From NCBI GenBank assembly GCA_024137785.1, contig JAHRHZ010000093.1, positions 3,690,233 through 3,754,232 on the forward strand: a DNA stretch of 64,000 bases, in the 5' to 3' direction. This document shows, in pieces, positions 12,301 to 24,515 of the stretch (position 1 is the stretch's first letter; the number at the start of each line of letters is the position of its first letter). Under the pieces are notes generated by a model. That model was not told the DNA's origin. It saw nothing but the letters and a program-made list of their open reading frames with translations, and did no database searches. A program made the translations under genes and the position numbers. The DNA comes from Ginglymostoma cirratum. Taxonomy: Eukaryota.

Positions 12301-12880
12301 TCCTTCAGCCAGCTCTCTATAATTAATGGAACCTCATAATCCCACATGACAGCTTGTGCCTGGGTTATAAGATCCCCAATCTTATTCACTATGCTTTGTG
12401 TATTCACATATGTAGTGTAAACCTGGTTTTGTTTACATTTGTTTTGCTCTCACTCTGACTCCAACTTACTCTTCTCAATTTTAGTGTAATCTACCTCTTC
12501 CAGTACTTCTCACACCCTGGTATTACTCAGAATATTCTTTCCTGGTTCCCACGCTCCAGTTTAATTAATTTAACCCTTCCACAACTGCACTTGCAGAACA
12601 CCCTGCGAGGAACTCAGTTCCAACACTGTTGTATAAAGTGCCACCTCCTCTAGAGTCAGTACCAGTATCTCAGGAATCTGAAACTTTTCCCTCTTGCACT
12701 ATCTTTCCAGCCACACACGTCATATCCTTTTATTTCTGTGCTCACTTGCACGTGGCACTGGAAGTAATCAGGAGCTTACTACATTTAAAGTCCTGCTTCT
12801 CAATTTTCTGCATGGCCCCATAAATTCTGATTGCAGGACACATCCCTCTCCTTACCTATGTCATTGTTCCAACGTGGTCC
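9385..12880 (-). mobile_element. Long degraded CR1 LINE (part of ORF1, APE endonuclease, RT, 3' tail)
   Basis: ORF 12180-12407(-) NTQSIVNK..ESWL (endonuclease start); ORF 11834-12247(-) ESIWLELKN..GVIYRP..IVIMGDYN..LDLVLGN; ORF 11069-11329(-) HPGMLKEV..VPENWRIAKIV. The 3' tail is at ~9385-9430. Confidence 0.9.
10080..10462. mobile_element. Candidate AT-rich MITE inserted in the CR1
   Basis: An abrupt AT-rich block interrupts CR1 sequence. It has imperfect terminal inverted repeats (tggctgtgtttactgacacc..gcacgtaca versus revcomp gggatctgtttgcaatacc..gcatgcaca) and similar ccc(t)ttatttt flanks. Confidence 0.4.
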
Positions 12881-12899
12881 ACCCTCCCCACAAGGGTGT

Positions 12900-13700
12900 C
12901 ATTGAGTCTTACAGCATGGAAACAGACCCTTCAGTCCAACGCGTCCACTCCGACCAGACATCCCAATCTAACCTAGTCCCATTTGCCAACATTTGGTCCC
13001 TATCCCTCTAAATCCTTCCTATTCATACACCCATCTAGATGCCTTTTAAATGTTATAACTGTACCAGCCTCTACCACTTCCTCTGGCAGCTTGTTCCATA
13101 CACACATCATCCTCTGCGTGAAAAAGTTACTCCTCAAGTCCCTTTTAAATCTTTCCCTTCTTACCTTAAACCTATGCCCTCTAGTTTGGGACTCCCCCAC
13201 CCTAGAGAAAGGACCTTGGCTATTCACCCTATCCATGCCCCTCATGATTTTATAAATCATGCCTCTTCAAGCCTCTGACCTCCAGGGAAAATAGCCCCAG
13301 CCTATTCAGCCTTTGCCTATAACCCAAACCCTCAATATCCTTGAAAATCCTTTCTGCACCCTCTCAAGTTTAACAACACCCTTCCTATAGAAGGGAGATC
13401 AGAACAGTATGCAGTATTCTAAATGTGGCCTCACCAAAGTCCTGTACAGCCGCAACATTATATCCCAACTCCTGCACTCAATGCACTCACCAGTGAAGGC
13501 AAACATGCCAATGCCTTCTTCACCACCTTGTGTAGCTGTGACTCCACTTGTAAGGAACCATGCACTTGCATCCCTAGGTCTCTATTCTCAGCAACTCTCC
13601 CCAGGAAACTGCCACTAACTGTTTAAGTCCTGCTCTGGTTTGCCTTTCTAAAATGTAACATCTCTCATTTATCGAAATGAAACTCGATCTGCCACTCCTC
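12900..13700 (-). mobile_element. CR1/HER1-like LINE 3' fragment
   Basis: ORF 13000-13260(-) YKIMRGMDRVNSQG...RGHRFKVRRERFKRDLRSNFFTQR. The tail acagcatggaaacagacccttc is at ~12910. Confidence 0.92.
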
Positions 13701-13702
13701 GA

Positions 13703-15246
13703 ACCTAGAACCCTGTGAGAAGTGAGAGAAGAGATTGCTGGGCTCCTTGATGAGATATTTGTATCATTGATAGCTACAGGTGAGGTGCCAGAAGACTATA
13801 GGTTGGCTAATGTGGTGCCACTGTTTAAGAAAGGTGTAGGGAAAAGCCAGGAAACTATAGACCGGTGAGCCTGACATCGATGGTGGGCAAGTTGTTGGAG
13901 GGAATCCTGAGACAGCATTTACGTACATTTGGAAAGGCAAGGACTGATGAGGGATAGTCAATATGGCTTTGTGCGTGGGAAATCATGTCTCAATAGCCTG
14001 ATTGAATTTTTTGAAGAAGTAACAAAGAGGATTGATGATGGCTGAGCGGTGGATGTGATCTGTATAGACTTCAGTAAGGCGTTCAACAAGGTTCCTCATG
14101 GTAGACTGGTCAGCAAGGTTAGATCACACAGAATAGAGGTAAAATTATCTATTCGGATACAGAACTGCATAAAGGTGGAAGTCAGAGGGTGGTGGTGGAG
14201 AGTTGCTTTTCAGAATGGAGCCCTGTGACCAGCAGCGTGCCACAGGGATCGGTGCTGGGTCCACTACTTTTTTGTCATTTAAAAAAATGATTTGGATGTA
14301 AACATAGGAGATATAGTTAGTTAGTTTGTAGATGACACTAAAATTGGAGGTGTAGTATGCAGCAAAGAAACTTACTTCAAAGTACAATGGGATCTTGATC
14401 AGATGGGCCAATAGACTAAGTTGTGGCAGACAGAGTTTAATTTAGATAACCGTGAGGTACTACATTTTGGAAAGGCAAATCAGGGCAGAATTTATACACT
14501 TAATTTTAAGGTCCTGGGGAGTGTTTCTGAACAAAGAGACCTTGGAGTGAAAGTTCATAGTTCCTTCAAAGTGGAGTTGCAGGTAGACAGGGTGGTGAAG
14601 AAGGTGTTTGGTAGGCTTGCCTTTATTGGTCAGTGCATTGAGTATCGGAGTTGGGAGGTCATGTAGCAGTTGCACAGGACATTGGTTGAGCCACTTTTGG
14701 AATACTGCGTGCTTTTCTGGTCTCCCTCCTATAGGAAGGATGTTGTGAAACTTGAAAGGGTTCAGAAAATATTTACGAGGAATACTACCAGAGTTGGAGG
14801 GTTTGAGCTATAGGGAGAGGCTGAAAAGCCTGCGGCTATTTTCCCTGGAGTGTTGGAGGCTGACAGGTGACCTTGTAGAGGTTTATAAAATCATGAGGAG
14901 CAATGGTAGGGTAAATAGGCAAGGTCTTTTCACTGGGGTGGGCAAGTCCAAAGCTTGAGGGCGTTGGTTTAAGACAAGAGGGCAAAGATATAAAAGGGAC
15001 CTAAGGGGTCAATGTTTTCACACAGAGGGTGGTGGGTGTATGAAATGAGCTCCCAGAGGAAGTGGTGGACACTGGTACGATGACATCATTTAAAAGGCAT
15101 CTGGACAGATATATGAGCAGGAAGCATTTAGAGGAATACGGACCGAATGCTGGCTAAATGGGACCAGATTTATATAGGATGTCTGGTTGGCATGGGCAAA
15201 TTGGACTGAAGGGTCTGTTTCCATGCTTTATATCTCCATGACCCTA
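13703..15246 (+). mobile_element. CR1/HER1-like LINE, RT region to 3' tail
   Basis: It carries the RT motifs gtgccacagggatcggtgctgggtcca (VPQGSVLGP) and tttgtagatgacact (FVDDT), ORFs 14421-14666 and 14752-14958, and the tail gggtctgtttccatgc...ccatgaccctatg. Confidence 0.93.
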
Positions 15247-15247
15247 T

Positions 15248-15960
15248 GTTACACACCTATCCTTTCAACGTACAATATCATTCCACACATCCTTTTTCCA
15301 GAATTTCTAAGTCTTTCTTAGAGCTTGCTCCTTTCTTCATAAAGCAATCAGGTAGCTAACTACTTGATATTCTGAAGAAGGGTCTACACCCAAAACGTCA
15401 GCTTTCCTGCTCCTCTGATGCTGCTTGGCCTGCTGTGTTCATCCAGCTCTACTCCTTGTTATCTCAGATTCTCCAGCATCTGCAGTTCCTACTATCTCTC
15501 AGTTAACTACTGTTATCCATTTTTTATTAAGATAGACCTTATTCAGACGTACCAAACTCTAGAGACATCATTTTGTCCGTATACACATTTATGGAACTTC
15601 TGGAGTACTCCACTACATTTGGTGCCTCTTTTTCAGGGTAAAGATTGGTGAAATTGTGGTAGTGTAAGTGGCAAGGTTCTACCTTGTTTCATCTTCAGTA
15701 AAGAAATAACCTGGGTCCATATGATACCTTATTCTTGCACAGGTTCGCATGCTGCAAATAGGGGCAAGTGATCACACCCAGATACTTTACACTTAGGTTA
15801 GCCATTTTTCACCAAATCACTCTTTGATTAGAATTGTGAATAGTCATATACTTTTCCAGTCAGAATTTTAATTCAGCACACACACTATAAACTCCAACTC
15901 ATTGCTTCATCCCCATATATACACACCCAGTCAAGATTGCCCCAATATCCTTTCATTAAC
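15248..15960 (-). mobile_element. Second Copia (GalEa-like) fragment: RT and RNase H end, PPT-like tract, internally deleted
   Basis: The minus strand at ~15500-15610 translates GVLQKFHKCVYGQNDVSRVWY (Copia KLxKxLYGL motif). The segment at ~15280-15355 gives LPDCFMKKGASSKKDLEILEKG* (RNase H end, compare ADxxTK). This is followed by purine-rich gaaaggatagg and TG. Confidence 0.72.
15365..15500 (+). mobile_element. Short Penelope-type repeat with hammerhead-like core and target-site duplication
   Basis: ttCTGAAGAagggtctacacccAAAAcgtcagctttcctgctcctctgatgctgcttggcc...; flanked by agctaactact (15354-15364) and agttaactact (15501-15511). Confidence 0.7.
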
Positions 15961-17489
15961 TTGCTCCCTAGCTCCATTTGGCCTCAGGCATTCTTAGCAG
16001 ATCCTACTAGATGGTAACACTTACACTTCAAAGGTTCTTCAAAGGCTTTAAAATGCTTTACAAAGCCCTGATAAATGGAAGTAGTTTCTTTCTTCAATGA
16101 CCCTGGTCCCTTTGCCAGGGTCTGTCTGAAGTGAGTCCTTGCTGCAGTCAGAGGTTACACTTAGTCTTGTCACCAGCAGCATGAAAAGTACTGGCTACTC
16201 AATTGAAAAGATACGCAGTCCATCAGTCTCTCCTTATAGTCTCTTTTATATGAATGGTGTGGGTGTGTGTGTGTGTCTGCCTGTCTGTCTGTCTGTCTGT
16301 CTGTGTCACCAAACGGTGTGTGCTCTTTGCAATGGTGACCCTGGCATGAAAATATAAAACAGACAGAACCCATATTGAAATGATACACCATGTGCTCCCA
16401 AGAGTGAACAAAAAAATGGGCTTTCTTCTATTGTCTTCCAGAGGTGGTGGTGGAGAGTAACAGGAAAATGGAGATCAGGTGGGGGAAGACTCAGAATCCA
16501 AGCAGGCCCCAGTAGAATCAGACAGCACAAAAAGTGGCCTTTCGGCCCATCAAATCTGTCCATCTTTTCAAAAGGTTTACCAATTAGTCCCACTACAACC
16601 CTGTCCCAAATTCACCTTTAATAATGACAAAACATTGAGATGTTCAAGCAGCTGTTTAACCAGGTAGGGCAATTGCAAACAGAAGTTCATATGAAAGAAA
16701 ATGTCTGAGAATGGATGACAATGCTTCTGAGTATATAGTCTATTCTATTTTAAAATTACTCATTGATTGATTATGTCCCACACTCAGTATATCTTTATAT
16801 CTTTGAGACACATGCTGCTGATATCATCATGGCATCGAAGCGTGTGACCTGAAGGTATAATGATCTCTGAATCCATCTTACCTCAAATCACTTAAAGCAT
16901 GATACTCTACTGTAACCATGCTCCTGTGTTGTAAATGTACAGTTTAATACCAGCCTAGACACTTTGTCAGCAAGTATATTTGCATACAATCGTTGTAATA
17001 AATGACCCCTGGACTCTTCAATGCTACTATACCTGAATCCCATTTCTTAAGTATGGGAAGTAACATAAGGATTACTGCATCAGGTAAAACAACCAGCTGG
17101 AAGCAAACTCAGCCCAGAACCTGCTTCCACCATCCTTCCAGGCAGGGTGTTCCACATCAGAACGGCAGGCACTAACCCACTTGCCCCTTCTCTACACTCA
17201 AGAAGTCGGAATGGCTCTGATGGGACTCGCTAAGAAGGCTCATGCTGTTTTGTTTTGTCTTTACAGTAGTAGGGTCATTCAGAATTTAACGACGGAGCCC
17301 GAACGACGGAGTTTATATGTTCCCATATAAACAGAAGGACTCCCAGTGAATTTACTTTTGAACGCACAGTGGCAGGATTGAAGAAGAAATTCTTCCAGAC
17401 ATGTTCAACCTCCCAATAAACAAATATCATAACAGCCAAGTTAATTGCTGGCAAATCTCTGGACTCAGGAGCTGACATCTGAAAGTGCA

Positions 17490-18010
17490 ATAAACTAGGT
17501 GCTGTTTAATCCACCCATTATGCAGGCTAATTGACTCAATTCACAAGTATATTCCTTTTTTCATTATCAGACCCTGTCAGCCTTTTGCTGGCTGTCACTG
17601 AAAGGGCCTTGGCACTGATGATTGATCATTGATAGATTGACAGTCAGATTAATTTAATTAAAATTGCCTCACTTGAGAAATGAAAGACAAAAAGCGAAGT
17701 GCTAATAGATTTGCTCTCACAATAAACGATTCAGCTGGGCCACTTACAGAGCTTTGCCCAACTTATTTTACCCGAAAATCCCAAGTCACGCGCAGGCTCT
17801 TGTTTTAATTGCATCACATCTCGCAAAAGCTCTTCAGGTGCACGAGGAGCAGGGGCCAGCGTTACACAATAATCAGCCAGAACACACCTCCTTTGTCTTA
17901 GTGGAGACAAGCTGCTCAACGAAATCAGCCAAAGCAAGGGCGTTTCAACAACTGAAGGCTGCACTCACTGCCAGTCACAGCATCACTGTCAGTCACCAAC
18001 ACGCATTTAT
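17490..18010. promoter_or_regulatory. Candidate conserved non-coding enhancer (PBX-HOX + MEIS motif cluster)
   Basis: Repeat-free block with TGATTGAT (17619), TGATAGAT (17630), TGACAG (17638), CTGTCA (17574, 17592) and TAATTA/ATTAAT homeodomain cores. Conservation has not been verified. Confidence 0.5.
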
Positions 18011-18071
18011 GTGAATCTGTAATCCTCACAGTGGAACAATGCCCAGCCTTTCTCCATAGGGTCAGCACAGG

Positions 18072-18192
18072 CAGGGGTAGAGTTGGTGTAGCGTTAGTGT
18101 CTTTACCTTTGGGCCAGGAGACCCAGATTCAAGTCCCACCTGTTCCAGATGCATGTTATAACATCCCCTGAACCGGTTGATTAGGAAATACC
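18072..18192 (+). mobile_element. Short tRNA-derived SINE-like element
   Basis: A-box-like tggtgtagcgttag and B-box-like gattcaagtcccacc. Similar tandem copies lie at ~58490-58670. Confidence 0.5.
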
Positions 18193-18224
18193 TGCAATGG
18201 TTCAAGTTAATCTAAAAAAAAGAC

Positions 18225-18800
18225 AGGTGTGGAGGAGAGAGAAGGGTGGGGCTCAGGAAAGGAAGGGAGCAGACGGACCGTAAGGGAGGTTACAGGGGAT
18301 GGAGTGGCAGGAGAGAGGGGCAGAGAGGATGGGGAAAGCAGGAAGGACTAGCATGGGAGACAGAGAGAAAGAAGATAGAAAAGCGAGCACAAAGAGAAGG
18401 AAATTGGGAAAGAGGATGGAGCTGCAGAGAGGGGGATAAAGAGTAGGAAGGGATTGGGTGGAGGATGGGGACATGAGTTGTGGGGACAGAAGGAGATGGC
18501 ACTAGGAGGAGAGTGGTTTATATAGGACCTGTAGAAAGGGGGGGTGGTGGTTGGGGGAGAGAGAAAGAGAGAGGTGAGAGCACAAAGATGGCAGACAGAA
18601 AGAAGAGGGGGGGAGACAGAGAGGTGAAGATCAGGGGACAGGATACAGAGAAGGAGTCGACAGGGAGTGAGGGTTTGAGGAGAGAGCAAGAGTTGGGGAA
18701 CAGCGAGAGAGATGAGGAGGGTAGAGGTGAAAGAGAGCGGACAATGAGAAATGTGGAGAAGAGAGATCGAAAGGGTGGCGGGGGGGTGGTTGCGGGCAGG
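18225..18800. repeat. GA-rich low-complexity tract
   Basis: Purine-rich (gaga/ggag/agagg) sequence that generates several spurious ORFs. Confidence 0.9.
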
Positions 18801-19402
18801 TAACATTGTTATACTCCTAAATTAAGATGCAAGTTCCTTAAAGTTTAATCAATTACTTGGTGAAAACAACAACTTTTGTTGACATTCAGAAGTTTGAAGG
18901 ATTATTTTATTGAAAAGGACCTTTTTAATCATTATTCCATTTACTCAGGAAAGAAGTTGCATGGTCTGAGGTGATTTAAAGGAAAGAGCTAATGATCTGA
19001 AGATTTCTTCCAAACCTGATCGGCTGCCTGTGGGATGATTTGACTTGAGCCTGGGACAAAGAGCAAGTTCTGATCTAGTCAGGGCAGCTAAAGCAATTAA
19101 AATGTGGGAGAGTAGATGAAGGGGAATTTACTCTCTGGTGGGCAAGTTCAGAACAACTATTAGAGCTAAGTAATTTGGGAATGACATCAGGAAAATGTAC
19201 TTCATATAGACAGTGGTTCCAATCTAGGGGTCAATTAAAAGTTGTAAAAGTGAGATTAATAGATTTTTGTCAGCTTGGGTTATAAAGAGTCACACAACTA
19301 AGATAGGTAGATAAATATGAGATACAGATCAGCTGTGATTCAATTGATTTTAATTGAGTCTCAATGTCCTAATCCCATTCATACATTCCTAAGGTTACCC
19401 AC

Positions 19403-21022
19403 GATATCCATCTTGATCATTCGTCATGGAGTGCTGTGAGAAAGCACTGGCTCGGAAATGAACAGGGTGATGCCACACATGTCAACCAGCCAGCCAACCC
19501 ATAAGGATTGGCCTCTGATTCAGAGCCATGGAGTGACATCCTGACAGAGTGTGCCTGCCTACAGAGAGGAGGATGGACTACAGAGAAGGTCTGAGAAGTG
19601 TCAGAGATATGGACACTACCACTGCACCATATATAGTCAGTGTAAGGACCTATCTAACTCGCAGTGGTAAAAGAAAAGCTACTACCAAGTCTCAATGAGA
19701 AGAGCCACTTATCTTAATAACAAGAAGTAGTTTATTGCATGATACCTACAGGTACAAGATATGTGAACCAGTTAGTCTCTGTAATTGTGTCTGTCAGAAG
19801 CCCCTCAAGGTGATATTTCATTCTGGGACACCATCAGATTGGGTGGACCCCGTTACCATCTCAAACATTAACGCTTTCAGAAACCATTAACTTATAAAAT
19901 GGTTAGTGGGAGCAATCTCCCCATCACCACAGATGAACAAATTCAGAAAATTCTACTGGGGGTCAAATGAAATTCCTTGGGCTCATGTGACTCAACAGCC
20001 CCTCAACAATGCATTGCAAACTGAGCCATGACGATCAGCATCAGAATGATAACAGAATGCAAGGGTTACCTTATAAGGACAGGTTGTGTAAGCTTGTCTT
20101 GAGTTCCCTCGAATATAGGGTGATTTGATGGAGCTGTCTAAAATGGTGAATAGGCTCAAACTCTCAATAGAAACAGTTTCTTCAAGACCCAGGGGTATAA
20201 CCTTCAAACTAGACCTTGGTCCTTCAGCAATGAAACAAGGGTGGGACTTTTTCATACCAAGGGCAGTGGAAAACTGCAACACTCTTTCACCCGAAAAGCT
20301 GTGGATACTGCAGGTCAGTTGGAGGTTTCAAAAATGCCCTCGGTGAACATCAGGTTAACAAAGTTAGGTAAATCACTTTGATCCGCAGATCAGTTATCAC
20401 CTAATTGAATAGCAGGCTGGGCCCAAGCAGCTGAGTAACCTATTCTTGTTTCCATATAAATGATATGAGGGTTGAATGGCCTCCTCCTGTTCCTAGGTAA
20501 CAAGCACAAGAGGCTGGACAGCCTCCTCCTGTTTCTCTGTAAAAAGCAATATGGCCAAGACTCTATTCTACTGAGAGGCCAAATAGCCTCCTCTTGTACT
20601 GATATTGTAAACCGGATGATGTAGCCTACTGTTTCCTCTATGTAACAGGCGTAACGAGCTGAATGGCCCTAATCCTGACTGGCACATTCTGAAACAAGGC
20701 TTTCTTTCCACAAGGAAGGACACTGTGTGGAGAAGTGTGTTGGAAGATGAAGGCACACTTGGATTGACTTCATAAGCTTCTGAATTTGAGGGCAATTTAT
20801 TGACTTGGTTGGGAAGTTAGCTGAAACACAACAGACAGAGGGCTGAATGGGTAGGCAGGTGCTCTCTGTCAGGATGTCACTCCATGGCTCTGAATCAGAG
20901 ACCATTCCTTATGAGTAGCGAAGGAGGCCGGCTGGTTGACATGTGCGGCATCATTCTGTTCGTTTCCAAGCCAGTGCTTTCTCACAGCACTCCATGATGA
21001 ATGATCAAGATGGATGAATATC
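19403..21022. repeat. Long inverted repeat: arms 19403-19562 and 20851-21022, ~1.3 kb spacer
   Basis: ccatcttgatcattcgtcatggagtgctgtgagaaagcactggc...ctctgattcagagccatggagtgacatcctgacagag is matched in reverse complement at 20851-21022. Confidence 0.95.
20060..20680 (+). mobile_element. Degraded CR1 3' fragment followed by tandemly reiterated tail units
   Basis: ORF 20125-20346 resembles a CR1 C-terminus (RGITFKL..FFIPRAVENCN). The repeat (g)aatggcctcctcctgttcct..gtaaca occurs about 5 times at 20460-20680. Confidence 0.6.
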
Positions 21023-23509
21023 AAAATGGTTGGGTTTGGGTCAAGTGGGACTGAGACGGGCATGGGAGGAGGTTCACGTCTCAGAAATCTCTTTCCTGAC
21101 TTAAATCCCACCTCCAAACCCCCATTTTCTGGCTCTGACTGAGATTTGTAAGAGAGCAGGTGAACAACCTAATCCAAAGGGGTGGTTTAGAACTACAAAG
21201 GGTCTTCACAAAGTCAAGTCGTTAGTGTAAGGTGCCAAACATAGAATAGAAGTGGTGTTACTGTGTCCATTCCCCTTGCTCACAAAGAACCTAGCATTGC
21301 CCTTCTCTGAGAATGCCCCTATGATGCACCTCAGGGCATTTTCCAGGATGCTATATAAATGCAAGCCATTGAAAAAGGTGCGAGCGTTTATATTTGTGTG
21401 TGCATGTGCATATTTGAGTGTATGTTTATATGTGGATATGTCACAGAAGAGCAAGACTGAGTTTTCTTCTGCTGCCCCTCCCATGATTGAAAAGATTGAA
21501 CTCACTGTCCGGGTAGGAACACGTTAGAATGACTGCATGGCTCTTAATAGAGGGTGCTGGCCAATACATGTGGCATTCCACACTCGTACAAATCATGGCC
21601 TTCAGTAAAGAAAAAAAGTCGTAAATGACATATCAGTCAAACGCAGCCATTTAATCCAAATTACTGCTCTATTTGTGACTTCAGGCAGGGATATACTTTG
21701 CTTGGCTTGGTTGAACGGGTGTTAAGGAAATCACATTGTGCCAGTAGAATTTTCAGACATAAACACAGATCTTCCTTTCAATAACCATCAAATGCTGCTA
21801 ACTAAGAGCGAGCTCATATCCCTTGTTGAGGAGTACTTGATATCCAACAGGACAAACTTAAGAGGCACATTAGCTGAGACAACAAAACATCTGTTTGTTT
21901 GACAGCTTACATGTCTTATGTTACTGAGATCTGATGGTATACATTATTAGTATTTTTAAGTTTGTTGAAACTGACAGACCACTCCAATTTGGAAGCTTTA
22001 TCTAAACACTTCAATGAAGTCCGACTATTCATTTTGTTTCTTTGCTTCTCCATTTGGATAAGCTAGTTGTTTTCTTTTGCCAAATGCTAAGGTCACACTA
22101 ATTGACACAGCACAAGTAATTAAGCAGTCACTGTTCACATACTTGAAGGCTCAACTACCACATGGGCGCACACTGCTTTGACAGTAGCACTTCTAAGAGT
22201 CAACAGATCAGCAACCTTCCCTGGATCCAGCCAATCACACATGAGAAGTGCTGACTGCGGCACCAAGATAACGTGAAAAGTGATTACGTTATGAAAATTA
22301 GCCCGAGTAGTGGGAGCACTTATTAGGTGAACCATCATACAGATCATCCTGTGGACTCTCTGGTAGACTCTTTATGTCGGCTTGTCAGACTACTCCAGGA
22401 GACAAGTATCTCTTCTCCCCAAGTTGACTCGGGCTCCACACTGACAAAAGACCTATTGTATCTTACAAATGACTTTCTTTTCCCGACGACTTCAGTGCAG
22501 TCTCTGAGCCTGCCAAGCTTCACTCTGAGTGAGACTCCGTGCGATTTCAAATCTAGTTTCTTTTCCTGCAATGCTGATTAATGTCAGACTCTTGCCCTTT
22601 TCAGCCGCAAGGGCTCTGCCTGTTCCTCCAACTGCTCTCACCATCGTGTTTCATATCCCTTCATGGCTTTGATCGTTCCCTCCCACTGTAACCTCCTCCA
22701 GCTCTATACCCCTCTCCGAATTCTGCATTACCCCCCCAAATAGTATTGGCCTTTTGTCCACCTCCCACTTCCTTTGTCCAAACAATGGCAGGCATGCCTT
22801 CAGTCATACAGGCTCCTCCTTTCGAGGAAGCCTCTTTGAATATAAGCTTTGGACTTCCCTCGTTCTTTATCTGGGTATAGTTAGTGGCTGCAAACAGGGA
22901 ACTTCACCGTGGAGAAGGGTGAAAGGGGGAATCACAACTGAGATAAATCTTGCCCTCACTCACGGTCCATGCACATGATTCCCAACATAAGTCAACCAAT
23001 AACAATCAGACGACTGGACCCTAGCTCTAGCTAGAAAATAACACTCAGCTATTACTTGAGAGGAAAATTGCCTTTATGTTACTGGGGCCTCTGTCACTGT
23101 TTAAATATTGTTTCATCCAATTTCCCTAATCATTTCTTTATCTCTTTTTTGCAGCAGCCCCATCTGTTCCCAGCTAACTTAGCACAAATTAATGTCACAC
23201 CCTTCCTGCACCATCTTCAGTGCTACTCATTCACAGACCCATCATTGGAGATCAGCGAGCGATACTCAAAGATGTTGAATAACGAGTATCCAATGAGGAA
23301 CCTTCTGCAGTCAGAAAGGTTTCCCATTGATCTAATTGCCAATATGGGGAAGATCAGTGGCTGCTCATTGTAGGAAAGGGCTGATCAGGCTGCACTTGTT
23401 AGCTGTCCAATACTGTGAAGCAGTTTCAATGATTCAGTGTCTCTGACCGGGCAGGGTTGTCCACTTGTGACTCACCAGCACAGACAAATTGCAAATTTGC
23501 CAGTTTTTT

Positions 23510-23857
23510 TATAGAACTGCTACAGTGTGGAAGCAGGCCATTCAGCCCATCATGTCTACACCGGCCCTCCGAAGAGCATCCCACCCAGACCCACCCCATC
23601 GCTGTAATCCTGCATGGCCCATGCCTAACCCAGCTAGCCTGCACATCCCTGGACACTATGGACAATTTACCATGGCTAATCCACCTAACCTGCACATCTT
23701 TTGGACTGTGGGGAGAAACCGGAGCATCGGGAGTAAAGCCACACAAACATGAGGAGAACATGCAAACTCCACCCAGATAGTCGCCCGAGGCTGGAATCAA
23801 ACCCGTGTCCCTGGATCTGTCAGGCAGCAGTGCTAACCACTGAGCTACCATGCCACC
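23510..23857 (-). mobile_element. HE1-like shark SINE
   Basis: The reverse complement reads ggcatggtagctcagtggttagcactgctgcc..gggtttgattccagcctcgggcgac..gtttgcatgttctcc..ccggtttctccccacagtccaaaagatgtgcaggttaggtggatt, with the CR1-type tail gggctgaatggcctgcttccacactgtag. Confidence 0.9.
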
Positions 23858-24089
23858 ACTTAGATATGCTACCATGTGTAACCCCAGGTTTTAATATATA
23901 CGTACAGCTAGCTCATACAGAGGGTAGTAGATTGGGAGAAAGGCACAGGTGACCTCTTTAGTTTATCTCCCCCAGTTGTTGTAACCTCACCCACCTGAGC
24001 TTACAACAAATGGCACACCCATCACTCAGTGGGCTCGATCACTAATGAGCCTCCTATTATTGTTCGCCAGGATTGATTCTGGAACTGCA

Positions 24090-24515
24090 AGCTGGAAAGG
24101 CTGAGCAGTTGAGAAGAGTGAAAAGCAAGAGGTGACTTGATGGAAGTCTTCAAAATTATGAAGGAGTTCCAAGGGGAAGAGGAGGTTTCCACACACGTGG
24201 AGCAGGCCAAAACCAGGCCCATTAGCTGGCTGTTGGGTAACAGTCATGGACGGGTGGGTGTCAGTGAGTCAGCACTGCTTTATAATTATCAAGATTGTGA
24301 GGAAATGGGACAGGGGAAATTCTTTGAGCAGAAGGTGCCAGGAGATTTGGCACCGAATGTGGTTGAGGTGGAGAACCTTGCATCCATTAAGAGAAATGTG
24401 AAACATATATTTGAAGTAAAGGAATATGCTGAGCTATAGGCAGAAAGCAGGGCTGTCTGTGGTTTATTAAGTCACTCTAGCACATATAGACACATGGTCT
24501 GATTCTGTGCGGGAA
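24090..24515 (+). mobile_element. Degraded CR1 3' fragment
   Basis: ORF 24137-24439 begins MEVFKIMK and later contains KFFEQKV..PNVVEVENLASIKR. Confidence 0.6.

Noticed and set aside
18246-18806. Cluster of overlapping ORFs of 66-152 aa
   Set aside because: A product of GA-rich low-complexity sequence that is poor in stop codons.
19641-19931. TG...CA-bounded solo LTR candidate
   Set aside because: There is no matching target-site duplication and no second copy in the window, so it is mentioned only as spacer content of the inverted repeat.
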